NCBI GenBank assembly: GCA_030390025.1
Contig: CM059432.1
Location: 101,372,001-101,436,000 of the forward strand
Length of the DNA: 64,000 nt
DNA from: Squalus acanthias
Taxonomy: Eukaryota
Direction: 5' to 3'
Below are positions 62,403-64,000 of the stretch, piece by piece. Numbering within the stretch: the stretch's first letter is position 1; the number at the start of each line of letters is the position of its first letter. Both the position numbers and the translations under genes were made by a program. The notes under the pieces are model-generated. The model was not told where the DNA came from. It saw nothing but the letters and a program-made list of their open reading frames with translations, and did not search any database.

Positions 62403-64000
62403 GGCCTGTATTTTCCGATCGCAGGCCTCCCACGGGCGGAGGGCTGCGATCTTGAAAAATCTACGCCCTTACCTGAGGGCTCCCGGGACGCACGCACTTC
62501 CGATCCTGGGCCTCTCCAAACTGCCGGTGTGCAGGGCCCACGTATCCCAGAGGCGCAGGCAGTTCGCAGCGTCCCTGGGATCACGTGGGCCATGGGGAGC
62601 CAATCAAAGAAGGGAATCTTCCTTCATACACTTGAGCTGTCAAATATATGAATGGAGATCACCCCAAAAACATAGTAAAACTTTAAATAATTTTTTTTTA
62701 AATCACATTTTTAAAATGACTTGAAATTACAATAAATTAAGGGGTAAAAATTCAGTTGGTTGCGCCTCCCGTTAGCGCCTTAAGAGGGCGCTAATGGGGC
62801 GCAAAGCCGCTAACGCCCGGGCGCAGCGATGTTTGCGCCGCTCGGGAACTTAACTTGACATTGTGCGGCGGCGCTAAAACTTACCGCTGCGACCACCTGC
62901 GCGCGCAGATTGTGACGTCATTCCATGGTGCAACGCCCTTGTGGCGCCCCGGAGCGGAAATTGAGTGGCGCCCCCTGCCTTACCGCCTGGCGCATCCAAC
63001 GACCAGAAGACTGGAACGCTATCAATCGCTGTGGGGCTGGGGGGGGCGCTATTTAAAGGGGGCCTCTTCCTGTCTTTTATTGTTGGTGGCATTTTTGAAC
63101 TACGCATTCTGAGAGCGAGAGGGAGAGACTTCTAGAGAGATTCAACGTTGTGTGAAGGAGTTTTGGGTACTGAGCAGCACTTTGCAGGTTCATTTTGATT
63201 TGCCATTCCTTGTATCGATTTAGCAGAGACTGTGGGAGCTGCTCTCTGAGCTCTTTGCCTGGTACTCTCCATTGTTCTTTCCAGCACATTTGATGTGCAA
63301 GTCTCTCCAGGCCGAGATTCAAGGCTGCAATGAACAGGATGTGGATGGAAAGCAAGATTAACCATCCCCTTTAAGAACTGGCCCGTGCCATTGTGTGTGT
63401 GTTCCATTGCTGACTGACATTACATGAGCTTCGCCAGCGCTCTGAGGTAGCGCCTCACTCCTTGGCCTTTGCGCCTTAAGACAGGTGTGCAGCGCCTGCT
63501 TTAGCGCTCCACTCACCTCCCGGGGCGGTAAAAGTGAAGTTTCCAGTCAGTGCCGATAATTAGCGCCAGGCGCTAATATTTGCGTCCAGACGATATTTGC
63601 GCCCCAAATGGGGTGCGACCTAATTTCTACCCCTAAGTATTTTAAACAAAAATTTTAATTTTTGTAAAAAATAATTAAAGTTTTTTACGGGGCTAAAAAT
63701 AAAGTTACCTTTTTTAAATGATAAATCAGTGAATTTTTTTTTTTTTACTTTTATTCAACTCTTATCCTGGTAAAAGCAGGCCTTACGCCTGCTTTTACCA
63801 GGCGTAAGAATTGTAAGGGTTTTCTGCGGGCGGAGGGTCTCCAAAAAGCGGAACTATCTGCCCGCAGAGGCCCTTCTCCAGGGCAGCCTGAGGATCTGCC
63901 AAGAACATTCTTGACAGATCGGAAATGCCGGTTTTCAGCGCATGCGCTGTGCATGCCTGAAACCGGCATTTCCGATGTCCCTACGGGTCGGTACACAGCG
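62403..64000 (+). mobile_element. Hairpin-chain MITE subfamily A, split by MITE C, running off the window end
   Basis: Colinear with 37151-37907. Confidence 0.88.
62741..63633 (+). mobile_element. Harbinger-type MITE family C with exact TAA TSD
   Basis: taa|ggggtaaaaatt ... aatttctacccc|taa; the uninterrupted copy reads aaattaagtatttt. Confidence 0.9.

Overview
Eukaryotic, repeat-rich vertebrate DNA, most likely from a cartilaginous fish (inferred from the V-SINE, CR1, Penelope and Harbinger repertoire). The only recognisable host coding sequence is one 208-bp exon on the minus strand (36139-36346) encoding the start of a CUB domain that best fits CSMD3, so the rest is probably intron. The window is filled with CR1, L2 and RTE fragments, PIF/Harbinger transposons (transposase plus convergent Myb/SANT gene) and many derived MITEs, often nested. 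Three things stand out. (1) An ORF1-less APE-RT LINE carries a tRNA-like Pol III head in two independent copies, and a short SINE built from that same head and tail is also present. (2) Penelope-like elements carry minimal dimer-type hammerhead ribozymes, including TSD-flanked palindromic mini-insertions and one uninterrupted 454-aa RT/GIY-YIG ORF. (3) A Harbinger-type MITE family is built as a chain of hairpins with compensatory changes between subfamilies. All family assignments come from motif recognition by eye, with no database search. Boundaries of degraded repeats are approximate.
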